From: an uncultured Candidatus Rokubacteria bacterium
GTDB taxonomy: Bacteria > Methylomirabilota > Methylomirabilia > Rokubacteriales > CSP1-6
DNA length: 64,000 nt
Assembly (NCBI GenBank): GCA_963747235.1
Contig: CAVVEU010000004.1
Coordinates: forward strand, 163,317-227,316
Reading direction: 5' to 3'
The notes beneath the pieces were generated by a model. It searched no databases, was not told where the DNA came from, and saw nothing but the letters and a program-made list of their open reading frames with translations. Shown one piece after another: positions 51,407 to 62,102 of this stretch; position 1 is the stretch's first letter, and each line of letters opens with the position of its first letter. The translations under genes were made by a program, and so were the position numbers.

Positions 51407-51485
51407 GGGTCAGGTCTTAATTCCGACATTTCCGCCGAGCGGGAAGGCGCGCGCGCGGAAATGTCGTAATTCAAGACCTGACCCC
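51406..51485. repeat. REPIN-like inverted-repeat element, copy 3
   Basis: GGGGTCAGGTCTTAATTCCGACATTTCCGC...GCGGAAATGTCGTAATTCAAGACCTGACCCC. Confidence 0.85.
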
Positions 51486-52204
51486 GAAGGCGGTCCAGAG
51501 CATCGTGAGGCCGGAGAGGAGCATCAGCGCGTCCATCAGGAGGCGGAAGCGGTCGGGGTGCGAGGCGGAGCGACGAAGCGCTTGGCGATCCAGGCGCCGA
51601 CCATGAGCGAGGCGCCGGTGATGAGCCCCTGCGTGATGACCGGTAGCGGCAGGGCGCCGAAGTGGCGGAACACGGCGGTCTTGCTCCCGTAGACCGCGAG
51701 CGAGGCCGCGGCCTCGGTGGCGATGAACGCGCCCTTCACGAGCCCGTAGGACAGGAAGATCGGCGCGGTGATCGGGCCCGTGGTCACCACGATGCCGGTG
51801 AGGAAGCCGATCGCCGCGCCCAGCCCCAGCAGGTGCGGCAGGCGCAGGCGGAAGCCGCGGGCGGCGAGCCAGCGCCGCGCCGGGATCATCAGCAGGAAGA
51901 AGATGCCGAGCGCGCACTCGATCAGCCGCGGCGGCAGCACGAGCAGCGTCCGCGCGCCGAGCGCCGCCGCGGGCACGCCGGTGACGGAGTACGCCGCGAC
52001 CGCGCGCCAGTCCACCTCGCGCCACCAGATCAGCACCCGCGAGAGGTTGGCCAGGATCGCCGCGATGGCCATGATCGGCACCGCGTGGAGCGGCCCGAAC
52101 ACGATCACCAGCACCGGCATCAGCATGATGGACGAGCCGAAGCCCACGATGCCGCTGATGGTGCCGGCGGCCAGACCGACACCCAGGACGAACAGCAGCT
52201 CCAC
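51471..52204 (-). CDS. TauE/SafE family permease, apparent frameshift ~51566
   Basis: AGTISGIVGFGSS and GFLTG..TTGP; multi-TM. The stop codon lies inside the repeat. Confidence 0.85.
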
Positions 52205-52215
52205 GCCGGCCCGGG

Positions 52216-53260
52216 CTAGGCCAGCAGGCGGACCAGGGGCTCGAGGTTGCGGGGATCGGGCTTGAGCTGGCCGACGCCGTGCGCGTGGAAGGCGGCCACC
52301 ACCGCGTCGTTGAAGGGCGTGGGCACGCCGATGCTGCGGCCCTCGGCGGCGACGAAGCCGTTGAGATAGTCGATCTCGGTGCGCCGGCCCTTCATCACGT
52401 CCTGCAGCAGCGACGGCCGGCCGCCGCTCCGGCTCTGCGCGTCCGCCGCGATCTCGCGTCCGAGGGTCTCGATGTCGGCCGCGCCGGAGGCGTCCGCGAA
52501 GCGCTTGGCCGCGATGCCCAGGATGGGCTCGACGCGGTGGCCGAGCGCGGTCCCGACCCGCACCACCTCGGCCCCGAGCTGCGCGGCCACCCGGCGCGAC
52601 ATCGGATCCGAGCGCACCTCGGCGGTGCCGAGCCCGCTCAGGCCCGCGAGCGGGTTCAGCATGCAGTTGAGCGCGAGCTTCGACCAGCGCTCGCCCCACA
52701 GGTTGGTGGTCACCACCGCGGGCGCGACCTCGCTCATGATCTCGGCGATCCGCCGGGCGCGCGGCGAGTCGGTGCCGTCGTGCTCGCCGATCTTGAAGGC
52801 GGCGTTGCCGCGATCCGTGCGGATGGCGTGGGCCGGCTCGTACATGCCCGGCGCTGATGAGGATGACGCAGCCGAGCGTGCGCGCGCGCCCCGCCACCGC
52901 GGCCACGCGATGGTCGTTGATGCCGTTCTGGAAATCCACCACCACGCCGTCGGGGTTCCGCAGGTGGTCCACCGCCATCTGGGTGGCCCACTCGGTGTCG
53001 TAGGACTTCACCGCCACGAACACCGCCTCGAACGGCTCACGCACCTGGCTGAACTCCCCGAGGGTCAGGGCCTTGACGGGCACGACGTGCTCGCCGCAGC
53101 TCCCGGAGAGCCGGAGCCCGCTGCTCTTGATCTGCTCGACGTGCTCGGGCCAGGGATCGGCCAGCGTCACGTCGTGGCCCGCCTTCGCCAGCAGGCCGCC
53201 CACCACGCAGCCGATGGCTCCGGCCCCGATGATGCCGATCCGTGCCTTCTGAGCGCTCAT
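52216..53260 (-). CDS. panE: ketopantoate reductase family protein, apparent frameshift ~52850
   Basis: GAGAIG, VKSYDT, QNG, WSKLALN and SLLQDVMKGRRTEIDYLNG. Confidence 0.85.
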
Positions 53261-53346
53261 GGATTCCCCCCGGCCCGCGGCCTCGATCACCACCGCCGCG
53301 TGGCCCCGCGTAGGCTACCGGAGTTGCGCGCGGGGGCGCAAGGGCG

Positions 53347-53511
53347 TCAGCGCCGCCGACGTCTCCGGATGATCCAGCGCTCGCGGACGATCCAGCCGAT
53401 GACCGCGAGCACCCCGGCCACGATCGCCACGATCGAGCCAGCCCGTGTCTCCCATCCGTTTCCTCCATCAGCCGGGTTGAATTTTACCGGGTTGAAGTTA
53501 CCGAAGTCCAC
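53347..53511 (-). CDS. putative small membrane protein (~54 aa)
   Basis: One TM segment (SIVAIVAGVLAVIGWIV) followed by an RRRRRR tail. Start uncertain. Confidence 0.45.
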   Translation of the reverse strand: MDFGNFNPVKFNPADGGNGWETRAGSIVAIVAGVLAVIGWIVRERWIIRRRRRR

Positions 53512-53578
53512 GGGTGCCCGCGCGCGCGGAGTCGCTGCAAGGCTCAAGGAAACCGAGCACTTGCGCCTGATCCCAGCC

Positions 53579-53594
53579 AGGCACGAGCATTGCC
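53579..53594 (+). promoter_or_regulatory. putative sigma54 promoter
   Basis: AGGCACGAGCATTGCC (GG-N10-GC) upstream of the hybrid kinase. Confidence 0.6.
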
Positions 53595-53629
53595 TCCCTC
53601 AGCACGATCCGGGCCGTTGCGCGAAGGGT

Positions 53630-56600
53630 ATGATGTGGCGGGTACCTGACGCGATGCAACGGAACGCGGTTCGACTCGACGTGCCTGTTCTTCGCTCGGT
53701 GAAGTCTCGGAAGGCGTACGGCGCCGCCCTGCTGGCGGTTGGCCTCGCGTTCACGTGTACCTACCTGTCGGTGCCGCTGGCCGAGCGATCGCTCTTCCTG
53801 CTCCTGGCCGCGGTGGTGGTCGGCGCCTGGTACGGCGGCCTCGGCCCGGGCCTCGTGGCCACCGCCCTCTCGATCGTGGGGCACCTGGCCTTCATCAAGG
53901 CGCCGTATGGCGATGACGTCGTCCGGCTCCTCTTCTTCGTGCTGGTGGCCGGCGCGATCACCGTGCTGGCCGCCGGTCGCCGCCGCGCCGAGGACCACGC
54001 GCGCGCGCAGCAGGAGGAGATGGCGGTCACGCTCGCGAGCATCGGGGACGCGGTCATCGTGACGGACCGGGCCGAGCGCGTCACGTTCATGAACGCGGCG
54101 GCGGAGCATCTCACCGGGTGGACGGCGGACGAAGCGCGCGGTGGCGCGCTCGTGACCGTGTTCGGCCTCGTGAACGAGGAGACCCGGGCGCCCGCGGAGA
54201 GCCCGGCGGCGCGCGTGCTCCGCGAGAACCAGGTGGCGCCGCTGCCCGCCGGAATCCTGTTGCCGCGCCGGGGTGGAGACGCGCGCGCCATCGCCGGCGG
54301 CGCGGATCCCATCCGTGATCGCGCCGGCCACACGGTGGGCGCGGTGCTCGTCTTCCGCGATCTCACCGAGCGGCGCGCGATCGAGCGCGATCAGGCGGAT
54401 GTCCTCGCGCGCGAGCGGACGGCCCGGCGCGACGCGGCCGCGCTCTCGGCGGTGGGCCAGGCGCTCGTGCAGTCGCTCGACACCGAGAGCGTGGGCCAGC
54501 ACATCGCCGAGGCGATCCGCGGGACTGCTCGGCGGGACCGTGTCCGCGCTGTGGGAGCTCGATCACGTGACGGATCGCCTCGTGGTGGTCGCGACCTCCG
54601 GCGAGGACAGCCCGTTTCCCCCGGGACCCGGATCCCACGGGATCAGATGCTGGCCGGCTTCGCGGTGACCGAGGGCCGCCCGGTCTCGACGCGCAACCTC
54701 CTGACCGACCCCCGCCTCACGTTCACCCCCGAGACCCGCGCGCTGGTCGAGAAGTCCGGTCACGGCTCGGTGCTCGCGGTGCCGCTGGCGATCGGGGGCC
54801 GGATCACCGGCGTGCTCGCGGTCGGCGACGTGACGGGCCGCACCTTCAACGCGGACGAGATCCGGCGGCTGCAGGATTTCGCCAACCAGGCCGCCATCGC
54901 GCTCGAGAAGGCGCGGCTCTTCGCCCTCGAGACGTCCCGCCGCGAGCAGCTCGAGGCCCTCGCCACCGTGCAGCGCGATCTCAGCGCCGAGCTCGATCTG
55001 GACCGTCTCCTCGGCCTGATCGTGGAGCGCGCGGGCCGGCTGTTCGACGGCGCCGGCTTCGCCTATCTCGTGGACGAGGAAAGCCAGTCGCTCGACGGCC
55101 GGGTGTGGGGCCGGGCCGAGCCGGAATCGGACGCCCCGTTCCCGGCGGCGGGCGGGATGGTGGCGAGCTGCGCGGGCGAGCGCCGCGGGCTGCTCGTCAA
55201 CGACTATCCGGTCTCGGGCTACGCGCTGCCCGGTGTGGTCCGGCTGGGCGTGCGCCACGCGATGGCGCAGCCCCTCGTGAGCCGCGACCGGCTCCTGGGC
55301 GTGCTGGTGGTGGCCCGGCGCGAGGACGTCCCGTTCCGGCCCGAGGACGCTCGCGGGCTTCGAGGGGCTCGCGGTGCAGGCCGCGGTGGCGCTCGACAAC
55401 GCGATGCTCTTCGTGGAGGCGGGACGACAGCGACGCGAGGCGGAGGTGCTGGCCGAGCTCGCGCGCTCCATCAACACCGCGCAGGACGTGTCCACCGTCC
55501 TGCAGCGCGTGGTGGACGGCGCCAAGGAGCTCTGCCGGTGCGATCTCACCAGCGTCGCGCTGCGCGAGACGGAGAGCGGCGCCATCGTCATGCGCAACCG
55601 GGCCGGCGAGTACCGGGGAGCGCAGGAGCGCGTCGTGGTCGAGCCGGGTCGCGGCGCGGGCGGGCTCGTGCTCGAGTCGGGCCGTCCCTTCCGCAGCGAC
55701 AACATGGCGGAGGACGCGCGGATCGCGCGGGTCCGCGGGGACGTCGTCGAGCTCGAGGGCCTCGTGGCCACCCTGGTGGTGCCGATCATGGTGGAGGGCC
55801 GCGTCGAGGGGTTGCTCTACGTGCATCGGCGGACCCCGAAGCCCTTCAACGATCGCACCGAGACCGTCCTGCGCCAGCTCGCGGAGTACGCGGCCATCGC
55901 CATCCACAACATGCGGATGCTGGCGCACGAGCACCAGATGCGCGCGGAGGCGGAGAGCGCGAGCCGGACCAAGGACGAGTTCCTGGCCACCCTGTCCCAC
56001 GAGCTGCGCAGCCCGCTCCAGCCCCTGCTCAACTGGGCCTACCTGCTGCGCTCGCCCAATCTCGATCCCGCGAGCGCGGAGCGCGCGCTGGACGCCATCG
56101 AGCGGAGCACCAAGACGCTCGGCCAGCTCATCGAGGATCTCCTCGACGTCTCGCGCATCGTCACCGGGAAGCTGCGGCTGCAGGCCCGCCCGGTTCGCCT
56201 GCCCGCGGTGGTGCGCGCGGCGATGGAGGCGGTGGAGCCGGCCGCGCTCGCCAGGACGGTGACGCTCGAGGCGCGGATCGAGCCCGAGCTGCCCGCGGTG
56301 CTGGGCGATCCGGACCGGTTGCAGCAGGTGCTCTGGAACCTGCTCTCCAACGGGATCAAGTTCACGCCGAAGGGCGGGCGGGTGACCGTGACGGTGGCCG
56401 GCCGCAACTCGGAGGTGATGCTCACGGTGGCGGACACCGGGGCGGGCATCAAGCGCGAGTTCCTGCCCCACGTCTTCGAGCGCTTCCGCCAGGCGGAGAG
56501 CAGCACCAACCGGGCCTACGGCGGCCTCGGGCTCGGCCTGGCCATCGTGCGGCACCTGGTCGAATTGCACGGAGGCAGCGTGGCGGTGCAGAGCGAGGGC

Positions 56601-57101
56601 GAAGGGCAGGGCGCGACGTTCAGCGTGCGCCTGCCGGTGGCGGCGGCGATCCGCACCGCCGAGCGCGCGCCCGCGGCGGTGAGCACCGACGGGCCGGTGC
56701 GCCAGAGCCTCTCGGGCCTGCGCTTGCTCATCGTGGACGACGAGGCGGACGCCCGCGAGGTGATGCGCTTCATGCTCGAGCGCGGCGGTGCGCAGGTGCG
56801 GGTCGCGGATTCGGCGGCCCAGGCCCTCGACGCGATCCGGGAGGAGCGGCCCGATCTCCTCATCAGCGACATCGGCATGCCGGTCGAGGACGGCTACGTG
56901 CTGGTGCGCCGGTTGCGGGCGATGGAGGAAGGCCTGGGCCGGCGGCTGCCCGCGATCGCCCTCACCGCGTACGCGAGCGAGGAGGACACGCGCCGCGCCC
57001 TCGCGGCCGGTTTCGACGCGCACCTCTCGAAGCCGGTGGATCCGGCCCGCCTCATCGATATCGCGGCCGGGCTGGCGGGCAGCCGGCGCGGGGTCTCCTG
57101 A
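53630..57101 (+). CDS. hybrid sensor histidine kinase (DUF4118-like TM, PAS, 3 GAF, HisKA, HATPase, REC), ~3 apparent frameshifts
   Basis: [61 protein letters not shown] and HLSKP. Start lies between 53630 and 53699. Confidence 0.9.
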
Positions 57102-57114
57102 ACTCCCGGCTCCC

Positions 57115-57937
57115 TCAGCGGCGCGCCGCCGGCCGCTCCGGACCCCGCGGGCTCGTCGTCTCGAAGCGCCAGATGGGGCCGCCGGTGTAGAGCGGGCCGT
57201 CGATCGCCACGAAGGCGGGCAGGTCGGCGGTCACGATCCAGCAGTGATAGTCGGGCGGCGTCTTGCCGAAGAGCGCGGCCGCCGCGCCGCGCAGCAGCCC
57301 GAGCTTCGGCTTGAGCACGTAGTGCGTGACCGGCACGCGGCGCTCGCCCGCCGACACCGTCTCCGCGCCCTGCGGCGTGAGCTCGACCTGGATGAGGGTC
57401 GGCTTCGGCGTGAAGGCGAGCACGTGCACCGTCTCGGCGGCGCCCTTCGGCAGGTTCTTGAGCATCATGATGAACATGCCGTTGTAGACGTCGGGCGGCA
57501 GGTCCAGCTCGCCGGTCACGGTCTCCGCCTCGCGCGCCCGCGCGCCGCGACTTGACCTTGTAGCGGCCCTTGTCGCGCTCACGGTCCACCGCGATCTCCA
57601 TCTCCTCGGGAAAGCTCGGCCCGCGCTGCACCAGGCGATAGCTCACCATGGTGAAGACCTTGCTCTGCGTGAACACCACCGTCTCGTCGTAGAGCGAGCC
57701 GTCCTTGAAGCGGAACACGAGGCGCGAGTCCACGCCCTCGGGGCGGACGACCTGCAGCAGATCGCCCTCGGCCAGCAGGTCCCCGGCGGTGGAGCGGAGG
57801 GTGAGGAAGCCGTGGGTGACGCCTTCCGCGTAGCGCACCGCCACCGGACCGGCTTCCGCGTCCGGAGCGCCGGCGCCGACGATAGGACGAATCCCGATCA
57901 CGACAGAGAGCCAGGACCACGCGCGCGCACTTCGCAT
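57115..57937 (-). CDS. hypothetical secreted beta-rich protein, apparent frameshift ~57545
   Basis: Signal-like N-terminus, then VRYAEGVTHGFL, SRLVFRFKDGS and LPPDVYNGM...GPLYTGGPIWR. Confidence 0.7.
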
Positions 57938-57950
57938 GACCTTCGTGAGT

Positions 57951-57966
57951 TGCAAGCGCGCTGCCA
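57951..57966 (-). promoter_or_regulatory. putative sigma54 promoter
   Basis: TGGCAGCGCGCTTGCA; ATG 57937 is 15 nt after the -12 C. Confidence 0.7.
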
Positions 57967-58114
57967 CCCGAGAGCATCAGTAAGGATTGACGTCGTGCTC
58001 GCGGTCCGGTCGGGAGTGGAGTGTCGAGGCGAAACTACCGGGTAGGAGCTTCCGACCGGCAGGACTCCGGCGCGGCCGAGGGCCGCTATCACGGGGTTTG
58101 GCGGGCGGCCGCGT

Positions 58115-58130
58115 GGGCATGGGGGTTGCA
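58115..58130 (+). promoter_or_regulatory. putative sigma54 promoter
   Basis: GGGCATGGGGGTTGCA; ATG 58144 is 15 nt after the -12 C. Confidence 0.62.
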
Positions 58131-58143
58131 GCCCCACCTCCTC

Positions 58144-58932
58144 ATGACCTCGTCGCTTCGGGTCGCCGCCGTCGGCGACCTGCACTGTACCCGAACCTCG
58201 GAGGGTGTCTTCCAGCCGCTGTTCGCGAAGATCGTGGAGAGCGCCGACGTGCTCGTCCTCTGCGGGGACCTCACCGACTACGGCACTCCGGAGGAGGCGC
58301 GCGTCCTCGCCAGGGAGCTCAGCGCGACGAAGCTGCCGAAGATCGCGGTGCTCGGCAACCATGATTTCGAATCCAACGCGTCCGACGAGGTGGCGCGCAT
58401 CCTGACCGACGCGGCCGGTGTCTCGGTCCTGGACGGTACCGCGATGGAGGTACAGGGCGTGGGCTTCGCGGGCGCCAAGGGCTTCCCGGGAGGATTCGGA
58501 GCGCGCGCGCTGCAGTCGTGGGGTGAAGGCCCGGTGAAGGCGTTCGTGGCCGCCGCGGTCGAGGAGACGCTCAAGCTCGAGTCGGCGCTGGCCCGCCTGC
58601 GCACGCGAGGTCGCGTGGCGCTGCTGCACTACGCGCCGATCTGCGCCACCGTGGACGGCGAGCCGGTCGAGATCTATCCGTTCCTGGGGTCGAGCCGCCT
58701 CGAGGAGCCGATCAATCGCTACCGGCCCGACGTGGTCTTCCACGGGCACGCCCACCGTGGCCAGCTCGAGGGGACCACCTCGGCGGGCGTCCCGGTCTAC
58801 AACGTGGCGCTGCCGCTGCTGCGCCGGCGGTTTCCCGATCAGCCGCCCTTCCGCGTGATCGAGATCCCGCTCGGCGAGGAGCCGGCCGACCACGCCGCGC
58901 CCGCGGGCGCGGCGGCGGGAGCTCGCGCATGA
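58144..58932 (+). CDS. calcineurin-like metallophosphoesterase
   Basis: GDLH, GDLTD, GNHD, LLHY and HGHAH. Confidence 0.9.
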   Translation: MTSSLRVAAVGDLHCTRTSEGVFQPLFAKIVESADVLVLCGDLTDYGTPEEARVLARELSATKLPKIAVLGNHDFESNASDEVARILTDAAGVSVLDGTAMEVQGVGFAGAKGFPGGFGARALQSWGEGPVKAFVAAAVEETLKLESALARLRTRGRVALLHYAPICATVDGEPVEIYPFLGSSRLEEPINRYRPDVVFHGHAHRGQLEGTTSAGVPVYNVALPLLRRRFPDQPPFRVIEIPLGEEPADHAAPAGAAAGARA

Positions 58933-59804
58933 CCCCGGCACTGGCCGCGGCCGGCCGCGCGCCCGCGCGGAGCCGCGGGCTGCCGGTGGCGACGCGCCGC
59001 TTCTACCGGCGCGTCCTCGCGGAGCTGCGCATGGCCGGAGTGCCGTTCCTCGTGGGCGGGGGCCACGCGCTCGAGCGCTATCTCGGCATCGGCCGCTCGG
59101 TGAAGGATCTCGACCTGTTCCTGCGCGAGCGGGACGCGCCGGGGGCGCTCGCGCATCTCGAGCGCCGCCTGGGCTATCGTACCGAGCTCACGTTTCCGCA
59201 CTGGCTCGGCAAGGTCAAGCGCGACGAGCACGACCACATCGACGTCATCTGGAGCTCGGGCAACTCGGCCTGCCCGGTGGACGACGACTGGTTCCGCCAC
59301 GCGGTGCCCGCGACCGTGATGGGCGAGCCGGTTCACCTCTGCCCGGTCGAGGAGACGATCTGGTCCAAGTCCTACGTGATGGAGCGCGAGCGTTACGACG
59401 GCGCCGACATCGCGCACCTCATCCACGCGCGCGCCGAGCAGATCGACTGGAGCCGTCTGGCCCGCCGCTTCGGCCAGCACTGGCGCGTGCTCCTGAGCCA
59501 CCTGATCATGTTCGGCTTCGTCTACCCGTCCGAGCGGCGGCGCATCCCGGAGCCGCTCATGCGGCGGTGCCTCGAGCTCCTCGAGCAGGAGATGCGCCAC
59601 GCTCCCGCGCGGCGCATCTGCCGGGGCCCGCTGACCTCGCGCGCGCAGTACCTCGTGGACGTGCAGCTCTGGGGCTACGAGGACGCGCGGCTCCTGCCGC
59701 ACGGGAGCATGCGGGAGGAAGACGCGTCCATCTGGACGGCCGCGATCGACGAGGCGGCGAGCCGGCCGATCGGCGCAGACGCGCTCGCCGGGCCGTCGGC
59801 CTAG
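58929..59804 (+). CDS. uncharacterised Pol-beta-superfamily nucleotidyltransferase
   Basis: FLVGGGHA...KDLDLF and a third Asp in HIDVI. ATGA overlap. Confidence 0.8.
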   Translation: MTPALAAAGRAPARSRGLPVATRRFYRRVLAELRMAGVPFLVGGGHALERYLGIGRSVKDLDLFLRERDAPGALAHLERRLGYRTELTFPHWLGKVKRDEHDHIDVIWSSGNSACPVDDDWFRHAVPATVMGEPVHLCPVEETIWSKSYVMERERYDGADIAHLIHARAEQIDWSRLARRFGQHWRVLLSHLIMFGFVYPSERRRIPEPLMRRCLELLEQEMRHAPARRICRGPLTSRAQYLVDVQLWGYEDARLLPHGSMREEDASIWTAAIDEAASRPIGADALAGPSA

Positions 59805-59813
59805 GGCCCCACC

Positions 59814-60528
59814 ATGCCCGCCTCTCCGCTCCGTGTGGTTGCCGCGCCGGGACCTGTCCGCGCCGGGAGCCGGCGCCGCATCTGGCCGCTGGTCGCCGCC
59901 GGCCTGTTCCTGCTCGCCATGGTCGTGGTGGCGCGGTTCGTCGACGTGGGAAGCCACCTCGCGGCCGCGCAGGGCTGGACCGCGACGCTCGGCGGGCTGG
60001 CTCCTGCGGTGTTCGTGCTCGTGTACGTGGCGGCCACCCTGATCGGCGTGCCGGGCATGCCGTTCACGCTGCTGTCGCCGTTTCTCTTCGGGATCGGCCC
60101 CGCGTTCGTGGTGATGGTGGTGGGGAGCGCGATCTCGGCCGCGCTGGGCTTCCTCATCGCGCGCTATCTCGCGCGCGATGCTCTCGCGGAGCGGCTCGCC
60201 GAGCACCGACGGCTTCGCGCGTCTCTCCGCCCTGGTGGAGGAGCACGACTGGGCCGTGATCCCGGTGCTGCGCATCGCCCCGATCGCGCCCTTCGCGGTC
60301 GTGAACTACGGCTTCGGGCTGACCGGTATCAGTTTCTGGCGATACTTCGGCTGGTCGGAGCTCGCCATGATCCCGATGAACGCGGTGCTCGTGGTGGGCG
60401 CCGGTCTCCTCGTGGACGCGTCCACGCGCGGGACCGCCTCCTGGCCGCTGCTCGGCGCGGCCGCCGCGGCGGCGCTCGTGCTCGTCGGGCTCGCCGCGCT
60501 GGGCCGGAAGGCGCTCGCCCGTGGCTGA
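59814..60528 (+). CDS. TVP38/TMEM64 (VTT/DedA superfamily) membrane protein, apparent frameshift ~60200
   Basis: GFLIARYLAR and LRIAPIAPFAVVNYGFGLT. Confidence 0.85.
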
Positions 60529-62102
60529 GAGGCCCCCCGTGGTGAAGAGGCCGGTGGTCAAGACGATCGAATCGCTCTTCCTCCGGCTGCAGGCCGTGGG
60601 TGGACCGGTGGAGCCGGTGGGTGCGGCTCGCGCCGACCGCCGCGATCGAGCCGAGCCGCCGCTTCCTGATCATCCAGATCGACGGCCTTTCCCGCGGGAT
60701 CCTCGACCGCGCGCTGGCCGGCGACAGCATGCGCAACACGCGGCGGCTGCTCGTGACCGGCCAGCTCGAGCGCCGCGAATTATCCGTCGGGCTGCCCTCC
60801 TCCACGCCCGCCTTCCAGGCGTCGATCATGTACGGCGTGCGGCCGGACATCCCGGGCTTTCACTACTACGACAAGCGCGAGGGGCTCGAGCTGCACTTTC
60901 CCGAGCGGGGCGTGGCCGACCGGGTGGAGCGCCGGCTCTCCGACGGCCGGGCGGGCATCCTCGAGGACGGCGCCTGCTACGGCTGCGTGTTCACCGGCGG
61001 CGCGCCCGAGAGCCTCTGGACCTACGCGCGCCTCAAGCGCCTCACCCGCGCCGGCGCCGGCCTGCGACGCACCGCGCTCTCGCTGCTGCTGATCGGCTGG
61101 GTGGCGCTCAAGTGCGTGGGGCTCACGCTCGTGACGCTCGCCCGCTCGGTGGGGCGGACCGCGGCCGCGCTCCCCGCCGGGCGCGTCCCGCTTCGCCGCG
61201 CCCTCGAGGCGCTGGCCATCGACATCGGCGTGTCCATCTGGGCGCGGCAGCTCTTCACGCTGCTGGTCTCCGCCGATCTCTACCGCGGGGTGCCCGCGAT
61301 CTACGTGAACTTCCTCGACTACGACGTGTTCTCGCACGCCTTCGGGCCCGCGGACCGGCTCGCCTTTCGCGCGCTGCGCCGGGTGGACCGCTCGATCCAG
61401 CAGCTCGCGCGCGTCATCCGCCGGCTCCCCGATCTGGGTTACGACCTCTACATCCTCTCGGACCACGGGCAGGCGCCCACGCGGCCCTTCCACCGCGTCA
61501 CGCGCGGCGTCCCGATCGACCGGGTGGTGCGCGACGCCCTCGGGGTGGAGGGCGACGCGGTCAAGGTGATCGCGGCCGGCCCCAACGCGTTCGTCTACTT
61601 CATGGACCGCCGCGAGGCCTTGTCGGCGGCCGAGATCGAGTCGCGCCATCCGGGCGTCCTTGCGCGCCTCTCGCGCCACGTCGGGATCGGCCTCGTGCTC
61701 GCGCGCGGCGCGGGCGGGCCGCTCTGCTGGCACCGCGGCCATCGCGTACCGCTCGGCCACCGGCCCGACCCGACGGTGCGCGATCCCTTCGCGCGGCGGG
61801 CGGATCGCGCGCTGGTCGTGGCGGGGCTGCACGATCTGGTGGCGATGCCGAGCGCGGGCGACATCGTGCTCTACGGCACGGGCGCCCCCGGCGGCGACGT
61901 GAGCTTCATCGACGAGCTCGGCGCCCACGCGGGCCCGTCCGAGGAGGAGCTGCACACCTTCATCCTCCATCCGCCGTCGGTGCGGCTTCCCGCGGAGCCG
62001 CTCACGCATCCGGTCGATCTCTATCCCCACTTCCGCGCCTACCGCGGCGCGGAGGCGGAGGAGCCGGTCGCGACGAGGAGCCCGGCATGCGCGGCCCGCT
62101 GA
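60521..62102 (+). CDS. alkaline-phosphatase-superfamily (phosphodiesterase/NPP-like) protein, apparent frameshift ~60598
   Basis: IQIDGL, LPSSTPAFQ, DYDVFSH, SDHG and GAHAG. Confidence 0.8.

Noticed and set aside
11927-51485. Repeats as a CRISPR array or IS ends
   Set aside because: The copies are dispersed about 20 kb apart and inverted, with no spacers, cas genes or enclosed transposase.
52379-57190. 1603-aa ORF
   Set aside because: It is a chimera of antisense panE sequence, parts of the kinase and off-frame sequence, produced by high GC and indels.
58096-58120. SigB/SigF-like promoter GTTT-N15-GGGCAT
   Set aside because: It overlaps a better-supported sigma54 motif that shares spacing with three other sites; kept only as an alternative reading.
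58929-59804. CBASS/CD-NTase or MNT-HEPN anti-phage/TA system
   Set aside because: No recognisable Cap, SAVED, patatin or HEPN partner, and the context is signalling/envelope. It cannot be supported without a structure search.
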